A DNA stretch of 64,000 nucleotides from Candidatus Moranbacteria bacterium GW2011_GWE2_35_2- (GCA_000990585.1 LBQD01000001.1:141501-205500), one strand, 5' to 3'. Shown: positions 1 through 9,393, counted from the first letter of the stretch. The notes: generated by a model not told the origin, from the sequence alone. Made by a program: numbers and translations.

Positions 1-102
1 GCGGTTATTCTTCTTTATAACAGAAACGGCGCTTGCCGTAAAAATGGCTAATAATGTAAATATAGATACCATTAACATTAAAATGAATATTTTTTTCTCC
101 AT
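1..102 (-). CDS. Hypothetical protein, N-terminal fragment. The gene starts at about 102 and runs off the window start. The N-terminus is hydrophobic and looks like a signal peptide or TM segment.
   Basis: Minus-strand ATG at ~102 preceded by a GGAGGAG RBS. Translation MEKKIFILMLMVSIFTLLAIFTAS... is hydrophobic. Confidence 0.35.
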   Translation of the reverse strand, partial: MEKKIFILMLMVSIFTLLAIFTASAVSVIKKNNR

Positions 103-172
103 TTTTTTCTCCTCCCCGAGAATATAAGTTTGTGGTATAATACGAATTGTTAAATTAACTATTGATTGACTT

Positions 173-1852
173 TTGATGGTCTCATATTTTCAACAATTTG
201 TCAATGAACCCTCACCCCAGCCCTCTCCCAGAGGGAGAGGGGGATTAAGGGTATGGCTAATTTCGGTTAATGTTTTTTTGGTTTTCTTTTTGATTTTGCT
301 TTTCAATCTTGGGGTTTTGCCGGTGAAAAATGTTGGAGATTTTGTTTTCTTTGCGGTGATTATTCTGTTATTTTCTCTGTACCGACCAGGGTGGGCGTTT
401 TTGTTTTTTGTGGGAACAATTGCTTTGGAAAATGTAAATTTGGCGCCAAAAGAATTGGGATTGGCAGTGCGTCCATATCAACTTTTGGGTGCGGCATCAC
501 TTTTGGCGGTAAGTGTTCGTTATTTGACCAAGCGTCTTTCATTTACATTGCCAAAATGGAATTGGATTGACGCATTGGTTTTGGTTTTTGTTGCCGGCGG
601 ATTTTTCAGCGCTCTAGCAAGCTCGATTTCCAAAGGAATTGCGTTCAAGCAATCGATCGTGATTGTAAGTTTTGCGGCGTTGTATTTTTTGACGAGAATT
701 TTCATTCAGGATATGAAAGACGTGAGAAAAATAATCCCGTATTTTTTGAGTTCGTCAGTAGTAGTCATTATTTTTGGAATTTGGCAAAATTGGCGATTTG
801 TTCGTGGACTTTCCAACTTCGAAGTGATGCCTGGGCGTCCCAACGCGACATTTTCCGAAGCGGACTGGCTGGGAATATTTTTAGTGCTTCTTATTTCTTT
901 TGTATATTCAATATTATATTATTTTCAAAACAAAGCTGGCGATGATGAAGAAAAAATTTCTAATTTCCAATTTCTAATTTCTAAACAATTTCCAATTCTT
1001 AAATTAAATAATTTAAAATTTCAAATTCAAAATTTTTTCTTATACTTAATCCTTACCTTATTATTTTTGATTCTGATATTGACGGTTGCGCGGAGTGCTT
1101 GGCTGGGGGCGGGGGTTGTCAGTGTTCTATTTTTTGTATTTTGTGTTTGGTATTATTTTAAAAATAAAAATTCAAAAATTCTCCGGATTCCCGCCTACGC
1201 GGGAATGACATTCGTAGTTGCTGTTTTGGCAATTCAAATTTTCGGTCTGACGAATTTTGAACTTGGAAATCGGATTCAAAGTACTGGGTCGGGATTGCAA
1301 GAGATTACGATTTCCTGTTTGCCAAAATCGGAGCTCAAATCTGATTTGGTGATTTCGGATGTTGGGGAGTTGGAACAATATGGATGTCGGCATATTAACT
1401 TAGAGGAAATTGAAAGTGAAAAAGCGAAAGGAAATTCCATCGCGCGAATCAAAAGAGATGATCCGAATGTGAGTATTCGCTCAGAGATCTATCAAAAATC
1501 TTGGCAGCAAATCAAAGAGCATCCGATTTTGGGAATTGGCTGGGGAAACATTTCCCAAATTTTGGGAACAGATGAAAGAGGAGCGGGGCTCAATGCGAGT
1601 AATATATTTTTGGAAATCTGGCTGGGATCGGGACTATTAGGTATTGTTAGTTTTATTGTTATTTTAGGATTAATATTAATGCAAGGTATTCGTTTATTGC
1701 ATGAAGGAATCAAGAATCAGGAATCAAGAATTATGATTTTTGGATTTTTTATTATTTTGAGCCTATGCGCGATTATTGTTCCGAATTTGTTTAATTCGGG
1801 AATTATGTTAGGATTTTTGTGGATATATTTGGCGATTGCGCAAATAAAGTAA
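173..1852 (+). CDS. O-antigen ligase / Wzy-like polytopic membrane protein (Wzy_C-type domain). The true start is probably downstream of the 5' hairpin repeat.
   Basis: Many predicted TM segments. The C-terminal half carries the ...HPILGIGWGN... motif typical of O-antigen ligase family loops. The N-terminus overlaps a palindromic repeat, which gives the PSPQPSPRGRGG translation artefact. Confidence 0.55.
   Translation: MMVSYFQQFVNEPSPQPSPRGRGGLRVWLISVNVFLVFFLILLFNLGVLPVKNVGDFVFFAVIILLFSLYRPGWAFLFFVGTIALENVNLAPKELGLAVRPYQLLGAASLLAVSVRYLTKRLSFTLPKWNWIDALVLVFVAGGFFSALASSISKGIAFKQSIVIVSFAALYFLTRIFIQDMKDVRKIIPYFLSSSVVVIIFGIWQNWRFVRGLSNFEVMPGRPNATFSEADWLGIFLVLLISFVYSILYYFQNKAGDDEEKISNFQFLISKQFPILKLNNLKFQIQNFFLYLILTLLFLILILTVARSAWLGAGVVSVLFFVFCVWYYFKNKNSKILRIPAYAGMTFVVAVLAIQIFGLTNFELGNRIQSTGSGLQEITISCLPKSELKSDLVISDVGELEQYGCRHINLEEIESEKAKGNSIARIKRDDPNVSIRSEIYQKSWQQIKEHPILGIGWGNISQILGTDERGAGLNASNIFLEIWLGSGLLGIVSFIVILGLILMQGIRLLHEGIKNQESRIMIFGFFIILSLCAIIVPNLFNSGIMLGFLWIYLAIAQIK
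221..241. repeat. Perfect 9-bp-stem hairpin CCCTCTCCC-AGA-GGGAGAGGG in the 5' region of ORF 173
   Basis: It gives the PSPRGRGG artefact in the ORF track translation. It lies in the divergent promoter / 5'UTR region. Confidence 0.5.
953..1040. repeat. AT-rich dispersed repeat (AATTTCTAATTTCTAA...TAAACAATTTCCAA), in-frame inside ORF 173..1852
   Basis: It encodes the low-complexity ISNFQFLISKQFPILKLNNLKFQIQNF. It is near-identical to the intergenic copy at 18116..18175. Confidence 0.5.
1185..1210. repeat. Dispersed palindromic hairpin repeat (CATTCCCGC-loop-GCGGGAATG family), copy 1, inserted in-frame inside the O-antigen-ligase-like gene
   Basis: GGATTCCCGCCTACGCGGGAATGACA translates as RIPAYAGMTF within ORF 173..1852. 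Confidence 0.6.
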
Positions 1853-1867
1853 TAAAATGAAAGTAAT

Positions 1868-3022
1868 ATGATTATTGGAATTGACATTCGAAATATTGGG
1901 AAAAATCGAACCGGCGATGAGGTGGTGTTTTTTAATTTGGTAAAAAATTTGCAAAAAATTGTGCGCGAAAAGAAACAAGAAGAATGCAATTTTTTGCTTT
2001 TTACAGACATAACTGACAAAAATAAGTTGAAAGAAATCGAGAAGGATTTGGGTATAACGAAAGGCAATGGCTTTGAAATTGTGTCAATTGAGTCAAAAAA
2101 TAGATTTATTTGGAATTTGTGGACATTGCCTCGATATTTGCGAAAAAATCCGGTGGATGCTTATCACACGCAATACATTACGCCCCTTTTTGTTCCTCGA
2201 AAAATAAAAATAATCGCCACTATTCATGACGTGTCATTCAAAACGCACAAGCAATTTATTAAAAAATCAGATTTGTTTTTTTTGAGCATCCTTATTCCGC
2301 TCAGTTTCAAAAGAGCAGACAAAATAATCGCGGTATCGCAGTTTACAAAAAATGAAATCGTCAGGCATTATGGCATGGAGGAGAAAAAAATTGAAGTGGT
2401 GAATAATTCCATCGGGGATAATTTCCGCCGGGAAATTTCACAGGACGAATTAAAGAAGGTTCAAGAAAAATATAAATTGCCACAAAATTTTATTTTGTAT
2501 CTCGGAACGATGCAGCCGCGAAAAAATATTCCGTCATTGGTTGAAGCGTTTGCAAAAATAAAAAAGGATATTTTTGGAGCGAAGCTTGTGTTGGCGGGAA
2601 ATCGCAAAGCTCATAATTTTGACAAAAAGATAGACGAGGTAATTGAAAAAGAAGGATTGCGAGAGGATGTTATTTTTCCCGGATATGTGGATGAAAAAGA
2701 CAAGCCGGCATTGTTCTGCTTGGCAAAAATTTTCGCTTTCTTGTCGTTTTATGAAGGCTTTGGTATTCCTATTTTGGAAGCGATGAGTCAAAATGTTCCT
2801 GTGTTAGCTTCTGATATTCCAGTTTTGCGGGAAGTCGGAGGAGACAGATGTGATTTTGCCGCATCGGGTGATCTTGATGAAATATCAAAAAAGATGTATA
2901 ATCTTTTTATTGATGAAAACCTGCGGAGAGAGTTTATTTTGAGCGGAAAAAAACGAGCGGAAGAATTTTCTTGGGAAAAATCAGCAGAGAAATTACTGGA
3001 AATTTATCAGAGGATAATATAA
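1868..3022 (+). CDS. Glycosyltransferase family 1 (GT4-type)
   Basis: C-terminal EGFGIPILEAMSQNVPVLASDIPVLREVGGD motif, the classic GT1 nucleotide-sugar binding signature. Confidence 0.85.
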   Translation: MIIGIDIRNIGKNRTGDEVVFFNLVKNLQKIVREKKQEECNFLLFTDITDKNKLKEIEKDLGITKGNGFEIVSIESKNRFIWNLWTLPRYLRKNPVDAYHTQYITPLFVPRKIKIIATIHDVSFKTHKQFIKKSDLFFLSILIPLSFKRADKIIAVSQFTKNEIVRHYGMEEKKIEVVNNSIGDNFRREISQDELKKVQEKYKLPQNFILYLGTMQPRKNIPSLVEAFAKIKKDIFGAKLVLAGNRKAHNFDKKIDEVIEKEGLREDVIFPGYVDEKDKPALFCLAKIFAFLSFYEGFGIPILEAMSQNVPVLASDIPVLREVGGDRCDFAASGDLDEISKKMYNLFIDENLRREFILSGKKRAEEFSWEKSAEKLLEIYQRII

Positions 3023-3047
3023 TTTGAATATAATAATACAATAAAAA

Positions 3048-4271
3048 ATGTGGCTTTTTTTAAGAAATAAAAAGAAAACGGGAAATGATTATATTTATAA
3101 TCCGTCAGGAAAGAAAAAAATGAAGACGTGGAAAAAAGTTTTATTGATAATAGGCGGTTTTTTATTTTTGGTTTTTAGTGCGATGGCGTGGAAAACCGGA
3201 AGTGTTTGGAAAAAAGTCGGAAGTGGGGGTATTTTGGAGAATTTATATAATACATTGCCAATCGGAGACAAGAAATTAGAAGGTGAAGATAGTGGTCGAG
3301 TCAATATTCTTCTTCTGGGAATGCGCGGTGAGGGCGTGGAAGGTGGAGGACTTTTGGCAGATACGATTATGATTGCCAGTTTTAAACCGAAAGTCGAAGG
3401 ACAGGAAAGCAAAGCTTCGTTATTTTCTATTCCGCGAGATTTTTATGTGAAAGTTCCCGGAAAAGAGTATCAAGCAAAAATTAACGCAGTATATGCCAGT
3501 GGTGAAGAAAGGACAACGGGTGGAGGATTGGAAGATATGAGTATAATTGTTAGTGAAATTGTTGGTGTTCCGATTCATTACGCGGCAAGTATTAATTTTG
3601 CCGGTTTTCAGCAATTAGTGGATAGCTTGGGCGGCGTTGATATTCATCTGGACCAACCTTTCAGTGAGGCTCTTCAATTTAAGGGATTGGAGCAACGTTG
3701 TGATAAGAATACAGTTTTTACTATTCCGTCGGGAAATTATGAAGAAAAGTGGATTCGCAGAAAAAATGGAACATATTATGATAATCCGAAAAAATATCCA
3801 CTTTGCTATGCTAATAATGCCAGTAAAAACGAGCTGGAATGCGGAGGAGATTTTGAATTGCCAGCTGGTGATATTACATTAAATGGAGAGCAGGCTCTTT
3901 GTTATGTTCGTTCGAGAGTTACTTCCAGTGATTTTGATCGTGCGCGTAGGCAACAGGAGGTCATTCAAGGAATTAAGAAAAAAGCTTTAAGCGTAGGTGT
4001 GTTGTCAGATTTTGGTGCAGTTAATAAAATGCTTGATAGTCTTGGAAATAATACGCGAACCAATATGCAATTTTGGGAGATGAATAGATTTTTTGAGCTG
4101 TATCAACAAGTAGGAGATGTTAAAATAAATCAGAAAGTTTTGGAAAATTCTGAAGAAGGACTTTTATATACTCCAACCGGAGATGAATGGAAGAAAGCGG
4201 GATACATTCTTTTTCCAAGAGGAGATAATTATGACCGAATAAAAGAAGCATTTGCAAAAATACTTGAATAG
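3048..4271 (+). CDS. LytR-CpsA-Psr (LCP) family cell-envelope polymer transferase. The real start is likely the Met at ~3120.
   Basis: N-terminal TM, then LLLGMRGEG...ADTIMIASF...SIPRDFYVKVPG...INAVYASGE, the LCP core motifs. Confidence 0.8.
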   Translation: MWLFLRNKKKTGNDYIYNPSGKKKMKTWKKVLLIIGGFLFLVFSAMAWKTGSVWKKVGSGGILENLYNTLPIGDKKLEGEDSGRVNILLLGMRGEGVEGGGLLADTIMIASFKPKVEGQESKASLFSIPRDFYVKVPGKEYQAKINAVYASGEERTTGGGLEDMSIIVSEIVGVPIHYAASINFAGFQQLVDSLGGVDIHLDQPFSEALQFKGLEQRCDKNTVFTIPSGNYEEKWIRRKNGTYYDNPKKYPLCYANNASKNELECGGDFELPAGDITLNGEQALCYVRSRVTSSDFDRARRQQEVIQGIKKKALSVGVLSDFGAVNKMLDSLGNNTRTNMQFWEMNRFFELYQQVGDVKINQKVLENSEEGLLYTPTGDEWKKAGYILFPRGDNYDRIKEAFAKILE

Positions 4272-4278
4272 ATATTAG

Positions 4279-5544
4279 ATGGAACAAAATAACACGCAAA
4301 ACTTGCAGGAAAAAAGAAAAATCTTCGGCTTATATGCCCGAAGTTTTTTCGTTTTCATTTTGTTGATTTTAAGTTTTTGGTTTGGATTGGAAAAAGGGAA
4401 ACAGGAATCATATTCATTTTCAGCGGAAAAAATTCCACTGGAAGAGTCTATTCTAATTAATAAGGAGGGTGGGAAAGATAATGCAGTGGATTTTTCCTTG
4501 TTCTGGGATGTGTGGGAATTACTTAAAGATAAATATGTTGACGTGAAAGATTTGAAGACGCAAGACTTGATATATGGTGCGATAAACGGAATGCTTTCGG
4601 CGACCGGAGATCCGTATACGATTTTTCTCAATCCTGAAGAAAATAAGCAATTCAATGAAGATATAGAAGGAATGTTCGAAGGTATTGGCGCCGAATTGGG
4701 AGTTCGGGAAGGAGTTTTAACTGTGATTGCTCCATTGGAGAATTCTCCGTCGGAAAAAGCGGGGCTTCGAGCCGGGGATAAAATTATTAAGATTGACGGA
4801 GAAGACGCTGTGGAAATGACAATTAATGAAGCAGTGAAGAAAATTCGTGGTTCAAAGGGAAGTGAAGTAAAACTTACAATATTTCGCAGCGGGGAAACAG
4901 GAGAGACAAAAGAAATTTTGATTGTTCGCGACACTATAAATGTAGATAGCGTGAAATTTGAAGAGAAAGAAAATAACATTTTCTACATTAGTGTGAGTCT
5001 TTTCGGAGATTCGACAATTCGAGAATTTCACAGTGCGATCAGAAATATTCCATCTCAAACACAAGGTTTAATTATTGATTTGCGGAACAATCCGGGAGGG
5101 TTTTTGGATGCTGCGGTGGAAATGTCCAGTCGAGCTTTGTTGAAAGGAAAAATAGTCGTTATTGAGGAAAATTCTCAAGGAAAACGAAAAGAATTGCTCA
5201 GTACCGGAGGAGATGCTTTGAGCAAGATTAAGACTGTAATTTTGATTAATGAGGGAAGCGCCAGTGCGTCGGAAATTATGGCGGGAGCACTCAGAGAAAA
5301 TCGCGATAATGTGACATTGGTTGGAAAAAAATCTTTTGGAAAAGGGTCTGTTCAAGAATTGGTTTCTTTGTCAGAAAACAGTGCTGTGAAAATCACTGTC
5401 GCCAAATGGCTCACGCCGAAAGGAAATCAAATCAATAATGAAGGAATTACTCCGGATGTGGAAGTTGATTTCACAGATGACGATTGGAATAATAATCGCG
5501 ATCCGCAACTAGATAAAGCAATTGAAATCTTGCAACAATCTTAA
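4279..5544 (+). CDS. ctpA: Carboxyl-terminal processing protease (S41 family, CtpA-like) with PDZ domain
   Basis: PDZ segment GIGAELGVREGVLTVIAPLENSPSEKAGLRAGDKIIKIDGE. S41 catalytic region NPGGFLDAAVEMSS...SASASEIMAGAL. Confidence 0.85.
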   Translation: MEQNNTQNLQEKRKIFGLYARSFFVFILLILSFWFGLEKGKQESYSFSAEKIPLEESILINKEGGKDNAVDFSLFWDVWELLKDKYVDVKDLKTQDLIYGAINGMLSATGDPYTIFLNPEENKQFNEDIEGMFEGIGAELGVREGVLTVIAPLENSPSEKAGLRAGDKIIKIDGEDAVEMTINEAVKKIRGSKGSEVKLTIFRSGETGETKEILIVRDTINVDSVKFEEKENNIFYISVSLFGDSTIREFHSAIRNIPSQTQGLIIDLRNNPGGFLDAAVEMSSRALLKGKIVVIEENSQGKRKELLSTGGDALSKIKTVILINEGSASASEIMAGALRENRDNVTLVGKKSFGKGSVQELVSLSENSAVKITVAKWLTPKGNQINNEGITPDVEVDFTDDDWNNNRDPQLDKAIEILQQS

Positions 5545-5566
5545 AAAAAAGCACCTATTTTATTTT

Positions 5567-5593
5567 GTCATTCCTGTGAAGGCAGGGAAGATC
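5567..5593. repeat. Degenerate copy of the dispersed CATTCC(C/T)G...GGGAATG hairpin repeat, sitting just after the ctpA stop
   Basis: GTCATTCCTGTGAAGGCAGGGAAGATC resembles the reverse complement of the copies at 1185 and 7454, with three transitions. A stem-loop can still form. It may act as a terminator. Confidence 0.45.
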
Positions 5594-5629
5594 TATATGT
5601 GATCAATATATAATAGAATTAAGTTAATC

Positions 5630-7126
5630 TTAATACATCAATACTGCTACCGGTTGCATTTTGACTACTGATTTTATGATTTTATTTTCTTCCATTCCGG
5701 AAATCACTTCCTCAATATCTTTGTAATAGGAGCTGTCTTGTAAGACTACTCCTTTGGAAGCGGCGTTGTATAATTTGACATGACGTTTTTCCATTTTTTC
5801 AAACAATTCTTTCTTATTATGCGCGGCATCTTCTTGGCTTTCGGCGCGTTTTCCTGTTCCGTGGCTTGCTGAAAAAAAGGATGAATCATTTTCATCCGTT
5901 CCGACTCCCAAATAGGCAGGAGTACTCATTGAAGATGGAATGAAAACCGGCTCTCCGGTTTGGGAAAACAGAGGATGATTTTTCATTCTTTGCGGACCAT
6001 CGGCGCTCACAGTTCCATTGCGATGCACCCAAACATCTTCGCCAAAATGATTCTCCTTCCGGTTGAAAATATGCGGAGTATCATAGAGTAAATCTAATTC
6101 AACTTGTCTTCCGAAAACTCTTTCCAAAGCGCGATCCAAATTGTCAGTTAGAACTGCCCGGTTGGCAAATCCGAAATTAGCACTGGCTTGGTGGGCAGTG
6201 AGATACATTTTTCCTTCCAGGCTGTCCGCTTCATAGCCCAAAAATTCATCAGAGTTTTGATATTTTTTTATTTTTTCGGCGATATTTTTGTATACTTGTT
6301 TTTTCTGGCTGTCGAAAAATGTTGTTCCGATTTTGAGCATCATTTTTTGACTGAAATGTTCTTTGGTTTTTGGTGTATACATATATGACGCGTATTGTCC
6401 GAAAAGTCCCGAGCCGGTGTGCATCAGAAAAATATATTGTCCGACTTTGAGATTAAACTTTTCCGCAATTTCATTGTCCTTGATTTCCGTTATTTTCATC
6501 AGATCCAAAAAGTGATTTCCGGCCGCTCCCAAAATTCCGAGACGATATTTTCCCACGTGAAAAAAGAATTTCGGAATCGCATCAAAAATATCCCGCTGGC
6601 TGATTTCTTCCGGAACCATATTTCCATTCATTGAGGAATTTTCCAATTCATTTTTTGTGCGACTTTTCAGGTGAGAAAGCAACGGGTCGATTCCTTTATG
6701 GGCAATGTCGACTGCCAATTGGTATGGAATTTTATTGCCGACATATTTTTTTGTCGGAATAACTTCGATCAATTCTTTGAAAAGTTCGTCGATTTTTTCT
6801 TCTGTCAGATTTTGGTCATTCAAATCGGTACGCAAAAAACGCATTCCGCAATTAGGGGCGGTATCGTTGATTTGGGGAAAAAGATGCGTTTTGCTTGCCA
6901 CGATTGTTCCGGTTGGATTTTTGCGTCCCGCCTTGGGATGCACGTCGCTCATCGCGGCGATATGGGAAAAAAGACGCTTGTCTTTTCCGAGGTTTTCCAG
7001 TTGGTCGAAGGTGTGCTGGTTGGGCAAAAGAGCATCCGAAGTGTGAAAAATCACCGGAACACTCATTTCCTTGGTTTGAAATTGCTGAAGATGCAGGTTT
7101 ATTTTTTTTGTTTTAGGTATTGACAT
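5630..7126 (-). CDS. rtcB: RtcB-family RNA 3'-phosphate ligase
   Basis: RtcB motifs in order: MSDVHPKAG (DxH metal site), PNCGMRF, GAAGNHFLDL, HTGSGLFG. The C-terminal PSSMSTPAYLGVGT...SASHGTGK matches the RtcB PGSMGT..Y..GT...S..HGAGR block. Confidence 0.8.
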   Translation of the reverse strand: MSIPKTKKINLHLQQFQTKEMSVPVIFHTSDALLPNQHTFDQLENLGKDKRLFSHIAAMSDVHPKAGRKNPTGTIVASKTHLFPQINDTAPNCGMRFLRTDLNDQNLTEEKIDELFKELIEVIPTKKYVGNKIPYQLAVDIAHKGIDPLLSHLKSRTKNELENSSMNGNMVPEEISQRDIFDAIPKFFFHVGKYRLGILGAAGNHFLDLMKITEIKDNEIAEKFNLKVGQYIFLMHTGSGLFGQYASYMYTPKTKEHFSQKMMLKIGTTFFDSQKKQVYKNIAEKIKKYQNSDEFLGYEADSLEGKMYLTAHQASANFGFANRAVLTDNLDRALERVFGRQVELDLLYDTPHIFNRKENHFGEDVWVHRNGTVSADGPQRMKNHPLFSQTGEPVFIPSSMSTPAYLGVGTDENDSSFFSASHGTGKRAESQEDAAHNKKELFEKMEKRHVKLYNAASKGVVLQDSSYYKDIEEVISGMEENKIIKSVVKMQPVAVLMY

Positions 7127-7248
7127 AAAATTATTTATGTAGTATTATATTGAGTTAATAGTAGTTATTTTGAAAATTTGATATATAAATTGAGGAATAG
7201 TTTGCTTCGTCGCAGATTCCTCGCAAAGACGTTTCAGGGGGTTGCACT

Positions 7249-7479
7249 ATGAAATATGATACCACAATCGAGCCGGGAACGGAAGTTTTTCTGGCTAATA
7301 AAATCATAAGGACAAGGAGGCGCTTTTTTGTCTTAGAGGACAATGGAGAGGTGCTTCTCGTACTTAAAGTTTATGGAAAACCTAATTTTGCTAAGCATCC
7401 AAAATATGGATATCCGGTTGCAATTTGTGACAAGGTAATGTTTCGATCAATTTCTGGATTCCCGCCTTCGCGGGAATGA
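7249..7479 (+). CDS. Small hypothetical protein. Its last ~8 codons and stop are supplied by a hairpin repeat copy.
   Basis: AGGGGG RBS 7 nt upstream of the ATG. The C-terminal ...SGFPPSRE comes from the repeat GGATTCCCGCCTTCGCGGGAATGAC. Confidence 0.4.
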   Translation: MKYDTTIEPGTEVFLANKIIRTRRRFFVLEDNGEVLLVLKVYGKPNFAKHPKYGYPVAICDKVMFRSISGFPPSRE

Positions 7480-7480
7480 C
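7454..7480. repeat. Dispersed palindromic hairpin repeat (CATTCCCGC-loop-GCGGGAATG family), copy 2
   Basis: CTGGATTCCCGCCTTCGCGGGAATGAC: a 9-bp perfect stem around a 4-nt loop. Same family as 1185..1210. Confidence 0.6.
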
Positions 7481-7829
7481 AAAAGAAAAAAAAGGGGGGG
7501 ATATGAAGAAGAAGATTTGTTTTTTGGTTTTAGGGTTGTTGCTTCTGGTTTGCATTCTTGGGAATGCAGGCGTGTTTTTTTCTGAGAAAAAACAACTACT
7601 CCGATTGAGTGAGGAAGTCGTCGCGATTTTTGTGGCATTTCCCGATGGCGAAATTATTTTAAAGCGCAATATTGGGAGTTTCCGGAGTTTATCTCCGGAT
7701 GATATCGCCTTGATTCCGGCAAAAAACGAGGATATTTCGGCGAAGTTTGTGGGGTTTTTTAGAATATCATCAATGGGGTTTGGATATGATATTCTGACGC
7801 CGGTAGCAGAAGGAGAGGAAACTTTATGA
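7476..7829 (+). CDS. Small secreted/membrane-anchored hypothetical protein. The likely start is MKKKICFLV at ~7503.
   Basis: N-terminal hydrophobic signal-like segment. Tandem with the neighbouring small ORFs. Confidence 0.35.
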   Translation: MTKEKKGGDMKKKICFLVLGLLLLVCILGNAGVFFSEKKQLLRLSEEVVAIFVAFPDGEIILKRNIGSFRSLSPDDIALIPAKNEDISAKFVGFFRISSMGFGYDILTPVAEGEETL

Positions 7830-8152
7830 AAAAGATATTTTCTTTTTTTCTTTTTGTGGTTATACTCTCCGGATGTGTCTCGACGTCGGCGTTGTACGAG
7901 CCGGCGGAAGGTGAGGGGATTGGAGAGGGAGCGATCTCTGGAGTCGCCGCCGTTTTCGAAATTTTTGACGAAAATGGCAACCGGGGGTTCCTGACTCATT
8001 ACGAGCCGAGATTCATCGGTTCGTTATATCCCGGAAAAAAAGTTTTTCTTGCTGGCGACAGCGGAAAAACTTACGAAGCCACATTTCGTGGCTTCGTCAA
8101 GGTAAATATGGAAGGAGTCTTTGACGCATCCTTTCCAACAGCAGAGGAATAA
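7826..8152 (+). CDS. Putative lipoprotein
   Basis: Signal peptide ending in the lipobox LSGC (MKKIFSFFLFVVILSGCVST). Confidence 0.45.
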   Translation: MKKIFSFFLFVVILSGCVSTSALYEPAEGEGIGEGAISGVAAVFEIFDENGNRGFLTHYEPRFIGSLYPGKKVFLAGDSGKTYEATFRGFVKVNMEGVFDASFPTAEE

Positions 8153-8185
8153 AAAGGTTCGCAACACCTTTTCAAAAAATTGCAA

Positions 8186-8222
8186 AAAGACCTAGGATCA
8201 TTTGATCAAAGGTCTTTTTTAT
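8186..8222. terminator. Rho-independent terminator, probably bidirectional, between the lipoprotein gene and the convergent GT1 gene
   Basis: AAAAAGACCTAGGATCATTTGATCAAAGGTCTTTTTT: a GC-containing stem flanked by an A-run and a T-run. Confidence 0.6.
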
Positions 8223-9376
8223 ATTTTCTCGTAAATCTCCGCGTATTGTTTTGAAACATTTTTAATGTCAAAGTTTTGCTCGACATACTTTCTGGCGCTG
8301 ATGCCGAGTTTTTTTCTTTTTTCCGGATTATCGTGCAAATCTAAAATCGCAGCGGTGAGTTGCTCGACATTTCCGGCTTCGATTCGCACCGAATTTTCTT
8401 TGTTGGAAAATTCCTCAAGAATCGGAATGTTGGAAATTATCACCGGCTTGGCGCACGCCATCGCTTCCACCACCACCAACGGCACATCGAATTTACCGCG
8501 CATATTTTGTACCGGAAAAATCGAAATATCCGCCATATTATAAATATCCGCCATATTGAATTTCCCGTCGTCATGAAAAACAACTTTTTCCAAAAGGTTG
8601 TTTTTCATTAATTTTTCAACAACCTTATTTTTATTATCAGCATCTTTTTTGTTTTTCACCCGCACCGCCATCGACAATTTTGCCGTCGGAATTTTTCCGG
8701 ATACTTTGATAAAAGCTTCCACAACGTCATCCATCGCTCCCAGGCGCGTGTATTCTCCGGCAAAATTGATCACAAAATCATTCAAAGCGTAATTTTCGTT
8801 TTTCACTCTTGTTTCTTTTGGGGAATAATTTTCCAAATCTATTCCCGGATAAATCCTCTCGACGTTTTTAATTCCCAATGAGAGTAATTTTTCCTTGGCG
8901 AAATCGGAATAAGTAATAATCAAATCTCCAAACATCAAATTTTTCAATTCTTCATCTGAAAATAAATCTTGTCGCAACGTGGCAACGGTCTGAATTGATT
9001 GGATATCTGTCATCCCGGAATTTTTTCCGAAAAATATCCGGGATCCAGAAATATTAAGTACAACTCTCATCATCCCCGTATTGAATTTAGTCGGAGTAAA
9101 AAGCAAGTGTAAGATATCAAATTTATACGCATTTAAAATTAAAAACCAAAATAACCGCAATTTCTGAAAAAATCCGAAATCATTTTGCGAATGAGTATAT
9201 ATCTTTTCCTGAATAACGGAACTTGGCAATTCATCAACTTGTCCGTTAGTCATCAAGTGGAGCTCCAAATTTTTGTTATCACTCAAATCTTTCGCCAAGG
9301 TAAAGGCGAAATTTTTCGACGCTTCATCCCACGGCGGAGCGATGGGGCGGGTAATAAGAAGTATTTTTTTAGTCAT
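8219..9376 (-). CDS. Glycosyltransferase family 1
   Basis: C-terminal PLVVVEAMACAKPVIISNIPILEEF, the GT1 EX7E-type region. Contains an 18-bp in-frame tandem duplication (NMADIY repeated). Confidence 0.7.
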   Translation of the reverse strand: MTKKILLITRPIAPPWDEASKNFAFTLAKDLSDNKNLELHLMTNGQVDELPSSVIQEKIYTHSQNDFGFFQKLRLFWFLILNAYKFDILHLLFTPTKFNTGMMRVVLNISGSRIFFGKNSGMTDIQSIQTVATLRQDLFSDEELKNLMFGDLIITYSDFAKEKLLSLGIKNVERIYPGIDLENYSPKETRVKNENYALNDFVINFAGEYTRLGAMDDVVEAFIKVSGKIPTAKLSMAVRVKNKKDADNKNKVVEKLMKNNLLEKVVFHDDGKFNMADIYNMADISIFPVQNMRGKFDVPLVVVEAMACAKPVIISNIPILEEFSNKENSVRIEAGNVEQLTAAILDLHDNPEKRKKLGISARKYVEQNFDIKNVSKQYAEIYEKI

Positions 9377-9393
9377 AACAAATAGTAAGTATA

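Noticed and set aside
7391-7999. 202-aa minus-strand ORF overlapping the three small plus-strand ORFs
   Set aside because: It is antisense to ORFs that have RBS and signal-peptide features. Its translation contains the VIPAKAGIQ artefact from the hairpin repeat and low-complexity sequence. It is likely spurious.
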